Shown: one piece after another, positions 39,174 to 47,709 of the stretch
Position numbering within the stretch: position 1 is the stretch's first letter
How the letters are laid out: each line of letters starts with the position of its first letter
Source of the DNA: an uncultured virus (IMG/VR IMGVR_UViG_3300001605_000011)
Taxonomy: Duplodnaviria > Heunggongvirae > Uroviricota > Caudoviricetes
Reading direction: 5' to 3' (one strand)
IMG/VR virus record: IMGVR_UViG_3300001605_000011
DNA length: 64,000 nt
Notes under the pieces: generated by a model
What the model saw: only the letters and a program-made list of their open reading frames with translations
Told to the model about the DNA's origin: nothing
The model's database searches: none
Program-made: the position numbers and the translations under genes

Positions 39174-40010
39174 CTATGTCCCAGCGACGTACCTGTCGTA
39201 CGTAGCCGTGACTAGCTGTAATTTCTTGTCCACACCCATGCGGTCATACCTGCGTAGCCTGTGCATCAAGTATCTAACGTCTCGCCTGGCCTCTTTGCAG
39301 GCAGCCGATGGTAATCGGCATGCCGCGGCCTCCTTTAAGCCGTTGATCTGATTCTGCTTTCCACTGTGTTTTGCAGCACGTAAGCGTCTGCGTAACACCC
39401 GCGGCGAGTGTATCGATGCGTCGTCCACGGCAATACCCGTTACGATTCGTCGTCCGAACCTCGCGTCCTGCACGTGTGTCTTCGACCTATTGATCACAAA
39501 ACCGAACCTGTCGCAGAGTAACGGTACAGTGTCGATTAGCGTTTTCACCATGCTGGGATCGTTTGAGCTGAACGACAAGTCATCAGCGTATCGTGTATAC
39601 ACAGCGTGCCCGTCTAACCATGTCACCACAGCGTCATCCAGTGGTGCCAAAGCCAAGTTGCACCAGAACGGACTGGTTGGCAGGCCCTGCCTGGCCGCAC
39701 CGTCCGGAAAACACATTTCGATGTGCCTGTACGTACTCAGCACCGTGGGATCAAACATGCTCATGCGTACGTGGTCGAAGCAGTCTTTGAGGTCGAACGA
39801 CACCGTCACGGCATACCCTACGTGCGGTATGGCGTTAGTCACCGGCGACCTGGCACGGCGAAAACCGTGAACCACGTTGTGCACGTCTGCTTGCACCACA
39901 GCCACGTGCATCTTAGAAGCGATCTCCCGAAGTATCCGCATTTCTGTCTTATTCGGAATGTACACAACACGGTAGCCACCTGCCTTCTTCTTAATCTTTC
40001 GTTTGTTCAT
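39174..40010 (-). CDS. Retron-type reverse transcriptase
   Basis: KKAGGYRVVYIP, HGFRRARSPVTNAIPH (retron region X NAxxH), FDLKDCF, QGLPTSP, YTRYADDLSFS, GFVINRSKT, RIVTGIAV (retron region Y VTG); 278 aa from the ATG at 40010. Confidence 0.92.
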   Translation of the reverse strand: MNKRKIKKKAGGYRVVYIPNKTEMRILREIASKMHVAVVQADVHNVVHGFRRARSPVTNAIPHVGYAVTVSFDLKDCFDHVRMSMFDPTVLSTYRHIEMCFPDGAARQGLPTSPFWCNLALAPLDDAVVTWLDGHAVYTRYADDLSFSSNDPSMVKTLIDTVPLLCDRFGFVINRSKTHVQDARFGRRIVTGIAVDDASIHSPRVLRRRLRAAKHSGKQNQINGLKEAAACRLPSAACKEARRDVRYLMHRLRRYDRMGVDKKLQLVTATYDRYVAGT

Positions 40011-40013
40011 AGT

Positions 40014-40045
40014 AAAAATAGGTGCCCCTGTTTCCAGGGGCACCT
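40014..40045 (-). terminator. Terminator-like hairpin directly upstream of the RT start codon
   Basis: RNA sense AGGTGCCCCTG-GAAA-CAGGGGCACCT-ATTTTT-ACT-ATG: perfect 11-bp stem, GNRA loop, U-tract. Confidence 0.65.
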
Positions 40046-40410
40046 TGTCCGCAGTGATGGAGATCTTGCTGGAGCGAGGTCACGAGCGTAAGTGCAAGAT
40101 CTCTGTCGAACCTCTTCTCGACTACGTCTGGATTTACCACTACTGCTCAACCTGGCGAAACGCGCAGCGCAGTAGCTAACCAGACAAATAACGTCCGCCG
40201 GACAACCCAACCGCACACGGCTGGGCCTTATCTACCCGAGGTCCAGGCTCGAACCTCGTCACCTACAAAGTATTCAAGACGAACACTTTCTCACGCACCG
40301 AACACGTGACTACGTAGCATGACCATCAACTCGACGAAGCGTCGACTGGTCGGCTATACGCTACCCGTTAGCTAGGTGATACCGAAAGCAGGCTGTCGGT
40401 AATCAGCTAA
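40046..40410 (-). ncRNA. Putative RT-associated (msr-msd-like) structured non-coding RNA
   Basis: Long non-coding gap in a densely coding genome, tiled by hairpins at 40056-40107, 40126-40185, 40206-40225, 40237-40258, 40315-40356 and 40368-40410, directly upstream of a retron-type RT. Confidence 0.7.
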
Positions 40411-40437
40411 AAAACTGCGAGTTACGTCACGCAGCTT
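40409..40437 (-). terminator. Terminator-like hairpin over the vWA gene stop
   Basis: RNA sense AAGCTGCG-TGACGTAACT-CGCAGTTT-TTT. Confidence 0.45.
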
Positions 40438-41638
40438 CAATTCGCACAGACTGCCCAAACGGTGGAACAACGTCTGTGCTCATTACCCACAAAACAGGCA
40501 CATCTGGCTCTTTACCGTAGTCAGTGTACCCGTCCGTCAGGCATATGACGCAAGATGGGCTTACGCCACTCTTCTCGAGCCAACTCCACACTGGCACGTT
40601 CGATGTCCCCCCGCCACCTACTGGCCTCAGAACGAACGGCCCGTGTGACGGCTCCCAATCCTCGACAGACTGCACCTTGGCGTCGAAGTACACGATTTTG
40701 GCCGTGCAGCTGTACGCGGTCATTGCCCCGTAGCACTCTGCCGCAAAGTGTTTCAGCGTTGTCTCGTTAAAGACTGAGCCAGAACAGTCAACAGCAAGCA
40801 CTACCGGGCCTATCGAGTCACTTCGCATGGACGGTAAGTGCACGCCGCGACTTACGTACCTACGATTTGGACGACCCCAGCAGTAATTATCCCTCGCCGA
40901 CGCAGACAAGAACTGCCGTAGCAACTGTCGGTAGTCGACTTGTGGGTTTACCTGTGCGTCGACTAGCCGGCGTAAGTCAGATGGCAGTGTTCCACGCAGT
41001 TCGGCAGCGTTACGCGCTTTTACTAGACGAGACCTCCATTTAGTCATCTCGCTAGTCGTCGTGTCATCACCGCCGGCCGCGTCAGTCACGCGACCGCATC
41101 CGCCACTATCTGCGTTGCCCACCAAAGAAGCGGCTAGCTCCGGCAGTTTTTCGGGCAGCTCTCTGTAGTAATCCTCTGCAGCTAAGCCGTCCGCCAGTGA
41201 ATCGTACGGCTTACGTCCGGGAAAAACACACGCAGCAGGTAGCATAAAGCCGCTGCCCACCAGCAAGCTGTTGATGGCCAGATCGCACGCCACATTCCAC
41301 AACTCGTAGAGACGACTGCCACGACGCAAGTGGTGCATCATTGCCAGGTGCAGCACTTCATGAGCGACCACACCTGCCCGCTCGAACTTACTTAGCGACA
41401 TGAACCACGTTGGTTGTATCCGTAGCCAATCACCGTCTGTAGCTGCTGTACCTACGTCCCAGTCTGGTTCGACACGTAGCTCCATGGCCAATGTTGCAAA
41501 AAACACTCCAGTCGAGGATCCGTGCAACAACATGCGGGTGATTGCCGCACGCACGGCGGCCACAGCCAACGCTTCTGCTTGCTCCCTGTCTGGCGAATCT
41601 GTCTTCTTTGGTTGGGTATTCATGATTGTTGCTATCAC
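40427..41638 (-). CDS. Putative metallopeptidase + vWA-like domain protein (DUF2201-like)
   Basis: TAATDG, VAHEVLHLAMMH (HExxH), WNVACDLAIN, RPNRR, MIDAS AVDCSGS, GGGGT, LTDGY. Confidence 0.85.
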   Translation of the reverse strand: MIATIMNTQPKKTDSPDREQAEALAVAAVRAAITRMLLHGSSTGVFFATLAMELRVEPDWDVGTAATDGDWLRIQPTWFMSLSKFERAGVVAHEVLHLAMMHHLRRGSRLYELWNVACDLAINSLLVGSGFMLPAACVFPGRKPYDSLADGLAAEDYYRELPEKLPELAASLVGNADSGGCGRVTDAAGGDDTTTSEMTKWRSRLVKARNAAELRGTLPSDLRRLVDAQVNPQVDYRQLLRQFLSASARDNYCWGRPNRRYVSRGVHLPSMRSDSIGPVVLAVDCSGSVFNETTLKHFAAECYGAMTAYSCTAKIVYFDAKVQSVEDWEPSHGPFVLRPVGGGGTSNVPVWSWLEKSGVSPSCVICLTDGYTDYGKEPDVPVLWVMSTDVVPPFGQSVRIEAA

Positions 41639-42651
41639 TTTAGATGCCCACCCTCCAGTACAGCAGTACGGTTTTTCTCAAGCCACTTATGACCTGAGGC
41701 AGTCGCGATAGCGTTTTTGTTGGCACGTAAGATGTCCACGCCTAACGCCATCGAGTACTCGTCCGACATTTTGCCGGCGATCTCGTACATCGCACCGAGA
41801 TCACTATCGCTGGCCGTATTCGCCCTGTTACCTAGAGCAGCAACGATCGCGTACATCCACGCCGGCGAATCTGTTCGTGGTACGAACGTCCTCGGGTCAG
41901 CCAGCAGCTTGTCAATGTCCGGTAGGCTGCGGTAGATCTCGAGCCAACCAACAAATTCCGCAGCTGGACCGTCGCCTACGGTACCAGCGAGCACCTCCGC
42001 GAGGTCACCCTTTTCCACCGTGTTGATAACGCTGCTCACGAACTCCCAGGTCCGTGGGCAGGCAAACGCCCGCGGCCAACCCTTGGTCGGGTCAAAGGTC
42101 ATCAATAGCTCTGGTCTGAACTTCAGAAAAGTCCTGACGCGAAAGTCAATGCCGGCCCCCTCTGCCCAGGTTTGCCAATCGCCACCATTCGTGTCCAGAT
42201 CGATGTGCACGAACCGGCTGGCGAGCGGCGATATGATGTGACCAGCGCCGGCCTTATCCTGGACGCGGTTGCCAGCGGCCACGATACGCCAGCCCGGTGC
42301 GATTGCCACGTCTCCGATACGTCGCTCGAGCGGTGCCTGTAGGGCCGCAGACTGTACGCTATGGTGAGCTTGGGGCAATTCGTCAAGAAACAGGATGCCG
42401 CTACCCTCTTGCGGCACCCACGCAGGCGGGCACCACTTGGTCATACCGGCCTCGTTGACAGTGGGGATGCCCAAAAAGTCGGACGGATCCATCAGGGACG
42501 TAAGTCGCACGTCTACCTGCAAATTGAGTGCTGCCCCAACTTGCTTAACGATTGATGACTTGCCGATACCCGGCGGTCCCCAAAGAAACACAGACTGTTT
42601 GTTAGCCGCGATCAACGCGGTCAATGTTCGAACTGCTGCGGATTGTCGCAC
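41635..42651 (-). CDS. MoxR-like AAA+ ATPase
   Basis: Walker A GPPGIGKS, Walker B ILFLDE, VAAGN, PLASRF, CPRTWE; probable GTG start at 42651. Confidence 0.88.
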   Translation of the reverse strand: MRQSAAVRTLTALIAANKQSVFLWGPPGIGKSSIVKQVGAALNLQVDVRLTSLMDPSDFLGIPTVNEAGMTKWCPPAWVPQEGSGILFLDELPQAHHSVQSAALQAPLERRIGDVAIAPGWRIVAAGNRVQDKAGAGHIISPLASRFVHIDLDTNGGDWQTWAEGAGIDFRVRTFLKFRPELLMTFDPTKGWPRAFACPRTWEFVSSVINTVEKGDLAEVLAGTVGDGPAAEFVGWLEIYRSLPDIDKLLADPRTFVPRTDSPAWMYAIVAALGNRANTASDSDLGAMYEIAGKMSDEYSMALGVDILRANKNAIATASGHKWLEKNRTAVLEGGHLK

Positions 42652-42675
42652 GATTTTACCTCTGGTTGGTGTTAG

Positions 42676-42693
42676 CCGGCGATTGAGCGCCGG
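42676..42693. repeat. 18-bp palindrome, copy 5 (one mismatch, intergenic)
   Basis: CCGGCGATTGAGCGCCGG. Confidence 0.85.
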
Positions 42694-42704
42694 CATCTTC
42701 GTTG

Positions 42705-42929
42705 TTAGCTGCTCGACGTTTTGTCGAGCATGTATTCGGTCATGTACGCAATGTACCCAGGGTCATTTTCCTGCCCCAGCCGACGATTTACGTCCGGCAT
42801 CATTGGCGATATAGCCGTTACCAACTGCTTGTGTAACGAGCTGCTCCCGCTGTGCTTTTTGTACACATTGACCAGCTTCCGTAGCTGCTGGTCGTCGTAC
42901 ATGTCTCGTAATGACACACGTGCTTCCAT
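42705..42929 (-). CDS. Hypothetical protein
   Basis: 74 aa, GQENDPGYIAY. Confidence 0.5.
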   Translation of the reverse strand: MEARVSLRDMYDDQQLRKLVNVYKKHSGSSSLHKQLVTAISPMMPDVNRRLGQENDPGYIAYMTEYMLDKTSSS

Positions 42930-42944
42930 GTTTCCGTCACGTCC

Positions 42945-43478
42945 TTATTTAGTGTCACTCAGTTCTAGCGGCACCTCGCCGTCGCTGGTCGTCACCTGCT
43001 CAGTCCGCCACTCGTCGTACGTCACTACGTTCTTCACGAAGTCAAACTGAATGTTGATTCCGTAGTCAGTCCCGTCGCCGGCTCCGCTCCAGCCTAGCTC
43101 CGAAAATCTCTGATCAAACCAATCATGTAATTGGTTTTCCAGCGATTCTAACGTAGTATCCGGGTTGTCCACTGAAAATGCGCCTTCCAGTACATCGGTG
43201 CCTAAGAAACGCCACGGTTGCTGCGGCAACTCTGCGTCCTCGCCACTTGCCGCGACCTGGCCCTCGTCCGCGGTATCCACGGTGTCTGCAGAATCGGTGT
43301 CGTCACTTACCGGCTGAACGGTCGGATACATCAAGCTCGCTTCCACGTTACCTTCGTCGCTCCCGCCGCACCACGACACATGCAGACCGCTGGCCCGCAC
43401 TGCGTGGCACGCTAGGTACAAACCCGACGATATCCTGCACAACTCCAACACGTCATCGGTCATTCGCGTATTCCTCAT
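42945..43478 (-). CDS. Acidic hypothetical protein (possibly DUF6878-like)
   Basis: SWCGGSDEG...GWSGAGDG pattern; adjacent to a DUF6915-like gene; family from recollection only. Confidence 0.45.
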   Translation of the reverse strand: MRNTRMTDDVLELCRISSGLYLACHAVRASGLHVSWCGGSDEGNVEASLMYPTVQPVSDDTDSADTVDTADEGQVAASGEDAELPQQPWRFLGTDVLEGAFSVDNPDTTLESLENQLHDWFDQRFSELGWSGAGDGTDYGINIQFDFVKNVVTYDEWRTEQVTTSDGEVPLELSDTK

Positions 43479-43866
43479 TTTCTGCCGTACCGACCACGCA
43501 AGCTGCGTCGTCCGGTACCAGCGTTAGTGTCTTGGAAAGTTTCTTCACTTCACGATGCATCCAGTCCTGTAGTTGGATGTTCTTAAGCCAGTCGTGCAGT
43601 GTCGGTATGGTGCCGCAGTCCTCTGTGACATGCTGCTCACCTATTGCACGAACTGGCACGACCTTACCTGCTGAGTTTGTGATGGTCACCCCAAACACTC
43701 GCTCTGCCTCAAAAATGCCCTGGCTATGATGCCGAAGGGCACGATGCCGCACATCGGCTAAATGCGACTTAGATTCGTCAAACCACGAGTGGATTGGTAC
43801 GTAATCTTCAGGTTTTCCTCCCCACTTCTTGGTGGATGACACTGCGTGATGATATGGGTGTGACAT
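43453..43866 (-). CDS. His-rich conserved protein (DUF6915-like)
   Basis: HPYHHAVSS..KWGG.PEDY..IH.WFDESK....D.RHRALRHHS.GIF...GEQHV.ED. Confidence 0.7.
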   Translation of the reverse strand: MSHPYHHAVSSTKKWGGKPEDYVPIHSWFDESKSHLADVRHRALRHHSQGIFEAERVFGVTITNSAGKVVPVRAIGEQHVTEDCGTIPTLHDWLKNIQLQDWMHREVKKLSKTLTLVPDDAACVVGTAENEEYANDR

Positions 43867-43888
43867 GGTGTCCCTCGCTGTTGGTGTA

Positions 43889-44368
43889 TTATTTAGCCTT
43901 GTTTTCGATGTACGACGCGTACCACGCGGCGATCTCTTCAGGCGTAAACTGCTGCCCTACAAACTCACTGATGTCCTCCCATTCTTGGCGTAAACAGGCT
44001 TTCTTGTCCTCCGTAGGCTTAACACTGTCGTCCAGCTTTACGATCTTTTCGCCGATCTCCGCCAACCTGCGTAGCGCCCAGTTGGTTTCGCAGGCCGGGT
44101 CGTACTCGCCAGTATTTACCAATGTGCGTGCTGCAACCTGCTCGTCAGTAACCGGCTCAATGCCGCCCGCCCACGCGGCAAACGAACGCAGGTACAGCCT
44201 GGCTGTCTCGGCACCTTGTCGGTACAGTACCACGGGCTCGTCTGGTTTTTCGCTCATGCTAAACCACGGAGCCCGTAGCTTGTCGCTGATGGCCAACACA
44301 GTGCGACGTGTTCGCCCTTTTCCGCGATTGTGATAGGTCTTACCGGCCTCGATCTCTCTAGGTTTCAT
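43889..44368 (-). CDS. Hypothetical protein
   Basis: MKPREIEAGKTY, SH3-like N-terminus. Confidence 0.5.
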   Translation of the reverse strand: MKPREIEAGKTYHNRGKGRTRRTVLAISDKLRAPWFSMSEKPDEPVVLYRQGAETARLYLRSFAAWAGGIEPVTDEQVAARTLVNTGEYDPACETNWALRRLAEIGEKIVKLDDSVKPTEDKKACLRQEWEDISEFVGQQFTPEEIAAWYASYIENKAK

Positions 44369-44379
44369 GCTGTCCCTCG

Positions 44380-44655
44380 TTAAATGTGAATAGCCTGCCC
44401 TACGACAGCCTTAATTTGTGCTTTAGCCGGTCGCGGTAGTTTGGCCAGTTTGTCGAAAAGTACACGTTTAGCCTCTGGTCTGACTTCTAGCACTAGACAG
44501 CTACAAAACGTGCCCTGCCGCGTCACGTGTAAATCTGCCGATACAGTTGATGCGTGTAGTCTACACAACTCCAGTACTGCTGATACAAACGTGTGCCAGC
44601 GTACTTCTTCTTGATTACCGCCAGTATCTGTCAACCACATCACCATAGTTTCCAC
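44380..44655 (-). CDS. Hypothetical protein
   Basis: 91-aa ORF, tight packing. Confidence 0.45.
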   Translation of the reverse strand: METMVMWLTDTGGNQEEVRWHTFVSAVLELCRLHASTVSADLHVTRQGTFCSCLVLEVRPEAKRVLFDKLAKLPRPAKAQIKAVVGQAIHI

Positions 44656-44692
44656 GTCGCTGCCTCCCTGCCTTACGGCGGCTGTGTTTTAT

Positions 44693-45148
44693 CTACACCA
44701 CGTTAAGTGGTGTGTAGTACGTAAGAAAAGTCTCTTGTTTGTCGTTGGCAAGCGGTACGCGGTTTACAAACACATTGACCGCCAGTCGCATGCGAACAAC
44801 GTTGCATTTGAAGCATACGCTGATTTCTGCGTAATTGCCTACCAATTTTTGTGTGTATATCGCTGCCAGATCGTCTGCGGCTTTATGGATAGCATCGCGA
44901 TCAAGCTTGTCGTAATCCGGTGTACCCGATGGACAAGCGATGTGCACCGACCTCGTTATTTTTCCGTGCAGCGTACCGTCATCCGGGTTAGCCGGATGTT
45001 TTGACTGCTTGTATAAACTAAGTCTTTCGATACCAGTTGCCATCGCCCGCAAATACAGACTAGCCGGCATGTCCGCAATGTCGCTTACCATTTTCGACAT
45101 TACCTGCGTCGTCTTGAACAGTCCTGTATCGATTTTAGACATACGCAC
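44693..45148 (-). CDS. Hypothetical protein
   Basis: 151-aa ORF, tight packing. Confidence 0.45.
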   Translation of the reverse strand: MRMSKIDTGLFKTTQVMSKMVSDIADMPASLYLRAMATGIERLSLYKQSKHPANPDDGTLHGKITRSVHIACPSGTPDYDKLDRDAIHKAADDLAAIYTQKLVGNYAEISVCFKCNVVRMRLAVNVFVNRVPLANDKQETFLTYYTPLNVV

Positions 45149-45650
45149 CGCTCAAAATGTATTGTGGTAGTAGTGGTAAACAGTTATGAAACTGATGTTG
45201 CTTCCATCGCATGACAAACGTAGCCAGGCCACGCACAGGCAACGGTGGAAGTGGCTTCAGTGTAGAAAGCGACACGACACATGGTTGGTCCATGTTTGCA
45301 ATCAACTCAGCACAAAGTGAACCTGTTCCACTGTACGTAGGAGTTTTGTCACCCCGTGTGCGGTACAGCATGCATTCAAACATGCGTACAGGTCGGGTTA
45401 TGTCCATGTGCATGGGCGAGTGTGCGTATACACGAGAAACATACGGCGAATTGATCGCCACAGTTACGGCCGCTGTGGCACCGTCGCTAAAGCCAATCAG
45501 TGTGGTCGGAGATCTGTCCTGCGTTATCTGGTCCGCCAATTGCATGGCGTTTTTACGCGTCCAGTTGAACACATCGCGTATTTCAACTGCGTGCTCGTCA
45601 AAGTACGGCCGCAGCGAGTGCCTGAATCCGTTTAACGCTATAAATCGCAT
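45135..45650 (-). CDS. Small alpha/beta-hydrolase-fold protein
   Basis: FIALNG strand, nucleophile elbow LIGFSDGA, candidate acid in RGDKT and C-terminal His in HQF. Confidence 0.65.
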   Translation of the reverse strand: MRFIALNGFRHSLRPYFDEHAVEIRDVFNWTRKNAMQLADQITQDRSPTTLIGFSDGATAAVTVAINSPYVSRVYAHSPMHMDITRPVRMFECMLYRTRGDKTPTYSGTGSLCAELIANMDQPCVVSLSTLKPLPPLPVRGLATFVMRWKQHQFHNCLPLLPQYILSGAYV

Positions 45651-45685
45651 GTGATTCCTCCTAGACAGCTTTAGTAATAGCCCAG

Positions 45686-46018
45686 TTAATCATTTTTACA
45701 CAACCCGCTAGCTTCGTACGTCAAAAACAAGTCCGTAAGCTGGCTGTGCGTAAAGTTGTCGAGACCCACCTTTACTAACAGCTCACTTTTCATTGACACC
45801 AGGTCGTACATGTCCTTGATGCCCATTCCATCGATGTCGACCAGATCAAACAACTCGGGATGCTGCGATAGGAATGTTACGGCCATGCGAGATGTCGGTC
45901 TTAGTTTGCCTCGCACTTCTTTTACTGCAGCTACATCCGCCATTATAGCGATGCACTTTAAGTTATCCCGTACACGGTCCGGCGTGTGCGACCGTGTTTC
46001 GGTATAAAACGATTTCAT
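45686..46018 (-). CDS. Hypothetical protein
   Basis: TAATG coupling to the upstream gene. Confidence 0.5.
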   Translation of the reverse strand: MKSFYTETRSHTPDRVRDNLKCIAIMADVAAVKEVRGKLRPTSRMAVTFLSQHPELFDLVDIDGMGIKDMYDLVSMKSELLVKVGLDNFTHSQLTDLFLTYEASGLCKND

Positions 46019-46545
46019 TACTTACGCGTAACCTCGCCGATGTAGTTACCGACGCGGACGTCTCGCGGTTCGCGGTTATCGCAGTACAGCTCGTCCTCGA
46101 CAACACGGAAGAGCAACTTGGCCGGTCTGCGATGTATCCGCACGGAGCCGTAGTGTTCCTGCACTCCGGGGTCGTTGACGGTACCCGCGGCTGCCGCCAG
46201 GCTTGCGTCTGTTTGCGCAGCCTTACCGAGTCTTGCTGCACGACGTAATCGGTACAGTGCACGGTTAGCTTGACTGGAGCTGACGCCGAGTGCGGCGACA
46301 ATCACACGAGGCATAGCCTTATCCAGCCCGATGGACTCGACAAACTTATCAATCTTAGCCCGCGTCTCGGCGGCTATGTCTGCGGCTGTCGGCACACCCC
46401 GCTCTTTTCGCACCATAGCGATATAACGTTGCACTGCCGAACGACACAAACCAGTCTCGGCCGAAATTTCGCTTTGCTTCTTACCGAACAGCCGGCGAAC
46501 TTCCTTGAGCATGTCAGCAGATCCCTCGACACCAACCTTCGACAT
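46018..46545 (-). CDS. Putative helix-turn-helix DNA-binding protein
   Basis: Two HTH-like segments: QSEISAETGLCRSAVQRYI and PRVIVAALGVSSSQANRAL. Confidence 0.6.
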   Translation of the reverse strand: MSKVGVEGSADMLKEVRRLFGKKQSEISAETGLCRSAVQRYIAMVRKERGVPTAADIAAETRAKIDKFVESIGLDKAMPRVIVAALGVSSSQANRALYRLRRAARLGKAAQTDASLAAAAGTVNDPGVQEHYGSVRIHRRPAKLLFRVVEDELYCDNREPRDVRVGNYIGEVTRK

Positions 46546-46584
46546 ACATACCTCAATAGTTTACGTACACACACACACACATAG

Positions 46585-46602
46585 CCGGCGCTTGAGCGCC
46601 GG
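46585..46602. repeat. 18-bp palindrome, copy 6 (intergenic)
   Basis: Exact match; arms extend to 10 bp (46583-46604); adjacent to (AC)7A at 46567-46581. Confidence 0.95.
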
Positions 46603-46622
46603 CTGGCACAACACGCTTTGCA

Positions 46623-47222
46623 CTAGTCTTGCGACGGTGCTTCGACGAGGAGTTTAAGTATACCCAAGCTTATGTCGCGGACCACCATCTTGCGCAGTCG
46701 CCGCCTAGCCACATTGGCTAATCGCTCTCGCCTGTGGATGATCTGATACCGGACGATGGCTTCCTGCTTGTTGGTGAATTTCACCGTATCTGGTGCATCG
46801 TGCAACTGTAGTAAAGCTACGACTGCCTCGACAGACAGACTCATTAGCTTCGCATCAATGTAGTCCGAGTACATGCCCCAGTGGCTCACAGCCATATCCC
46901 ACAGCCATGCAGTAGACTTGTACTCGAGCCACGCGATATTGCGTGACTTAAAGTCACCGCGTCGCAACAGAAACCAACCGTCTTGGCCGACGACTGGCTC
47001 GCATCGTCGCAATCCGGGGCACTGCGGGGCAAACGGCACCTCACTGCTCCCGGCTGCTATCGTACGCAGTAGCTGTTGTCCGGCAGCCGTCGCCTCCATG
47101 TAGGTGACCTCTTCATGGTCTGACTTTAGGTGTTCGTACAACTTACGGACAGGAAACCCTTCCGGTACAGGCAACTTTTTGATGCGACTGAAATCAACGT
47201 GACCGCTTACGGGTTTATGCAT
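46623..47222 (-). CDS. Hypothetical protein
   Basis: Start moved to MHKPVSG to avoid overlap with 47300..47599. Confidence 0.5.
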   Translation of the reverse strand: MHKPVSGHVDFSRIKKLPVPEGFPVRKLYEHLKSDHEEVTYMEATAAGQQLLRTIAAGSSEVPFAPQCPGLRRCEPVVGQDGWFLLRRGDFKSRNIAWLEYKSTAWLWDMAVSHWGMYSDYIDAKLMSLSVEAVVALLQLHDAPDTVKFTNKQEAIVRYQIIHRRERLANVARRRLRKMVVRDISLGILKLLVEAPSQD

Positions 47223-47299
47223 GATAGCTTTCCAAGTTAGAGAATGTGACGCATGCTGGTCACACGTTACAGAACGTTTGTTGCAGGCCGACATACGGC

Positions 47300-47599
47300 C
47301 TAGGTGTAGTACTTCCAGCGGTCCCGCTTCCGCAAAAACGCTGCTTGCAATGGATTCTTGCACCGTTGCATTTCATCATCGATCAGACGTGGCCTGGTCA
47401 TATCCAGGTTTTCCAACGCCCGCCATGTTGTCTTCCCGGTGATCACCAGTTGCCTAGCCGTGGCGTAACAGCTGGCACAGACGCCCCTCGCTACTACCGG
47501 CCGGTAGCAGCCCTCGGACATACACTGCGTCTCGCGTAGACGCCTGCCACGGGTTTTCCCGGTAATAATAATCATGACGTCGGTGGCATTGTTGCACAT
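47300..47599 (-). CDS. Small Cys-cluster (zinc-finger-like) protein
   Basis: CMSEGCYRPVVARGVCASCY. Confidence 0.55.
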   Translation of the reverse strand: MCNNATDVMIIITGKTRGRRLRETQCMSEGCYRPVVARGVCASCYATARQLVITGKTTWRALENLDMTRPRLIDDEMQRCKNPLQAAFLRKRDRWKYYT

Positions 47600-47646
47600 G
47601 TTCCCTATTTTCCTTTTTGATTGTAGTTAATTCACCGACGCATTTA

Positions 47647-47674
47647 ATTTTAAGCGATCATCGCTTTGCGTCAG
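47647..47674 (-). promoter_or_regulatory. Sigma70-like promoter candidate with a palindrome in the spacer
   Basis: Minus strand CTGACG-16 bp-TAAAAT in an AT-rich gap; AAGCGAT-N-ATCGCTT at 47652-47666. Confidence 0.35.
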
Positions 47675-47709
47675 GTTTCTGTTGACTGTCTTCCAGACGT
47701 TATGCGAAG

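Noticed and set aside
40007..40216. 69-aa ORF upstream of the RT, and the GTG extension of the RT to 40043
   Set aside because: Both run through strong hairpins and lack protein-like features; the region is better explained as ncRNA.
39174..40437. Diversity-generating retroelement or group II intron interpretation of the RT
   Set aside because: The RT has retron NAxxH/VTG motifs and no maturase domain; I found no Avd-like gene and no TR/VR pair differing at adenines in the window.
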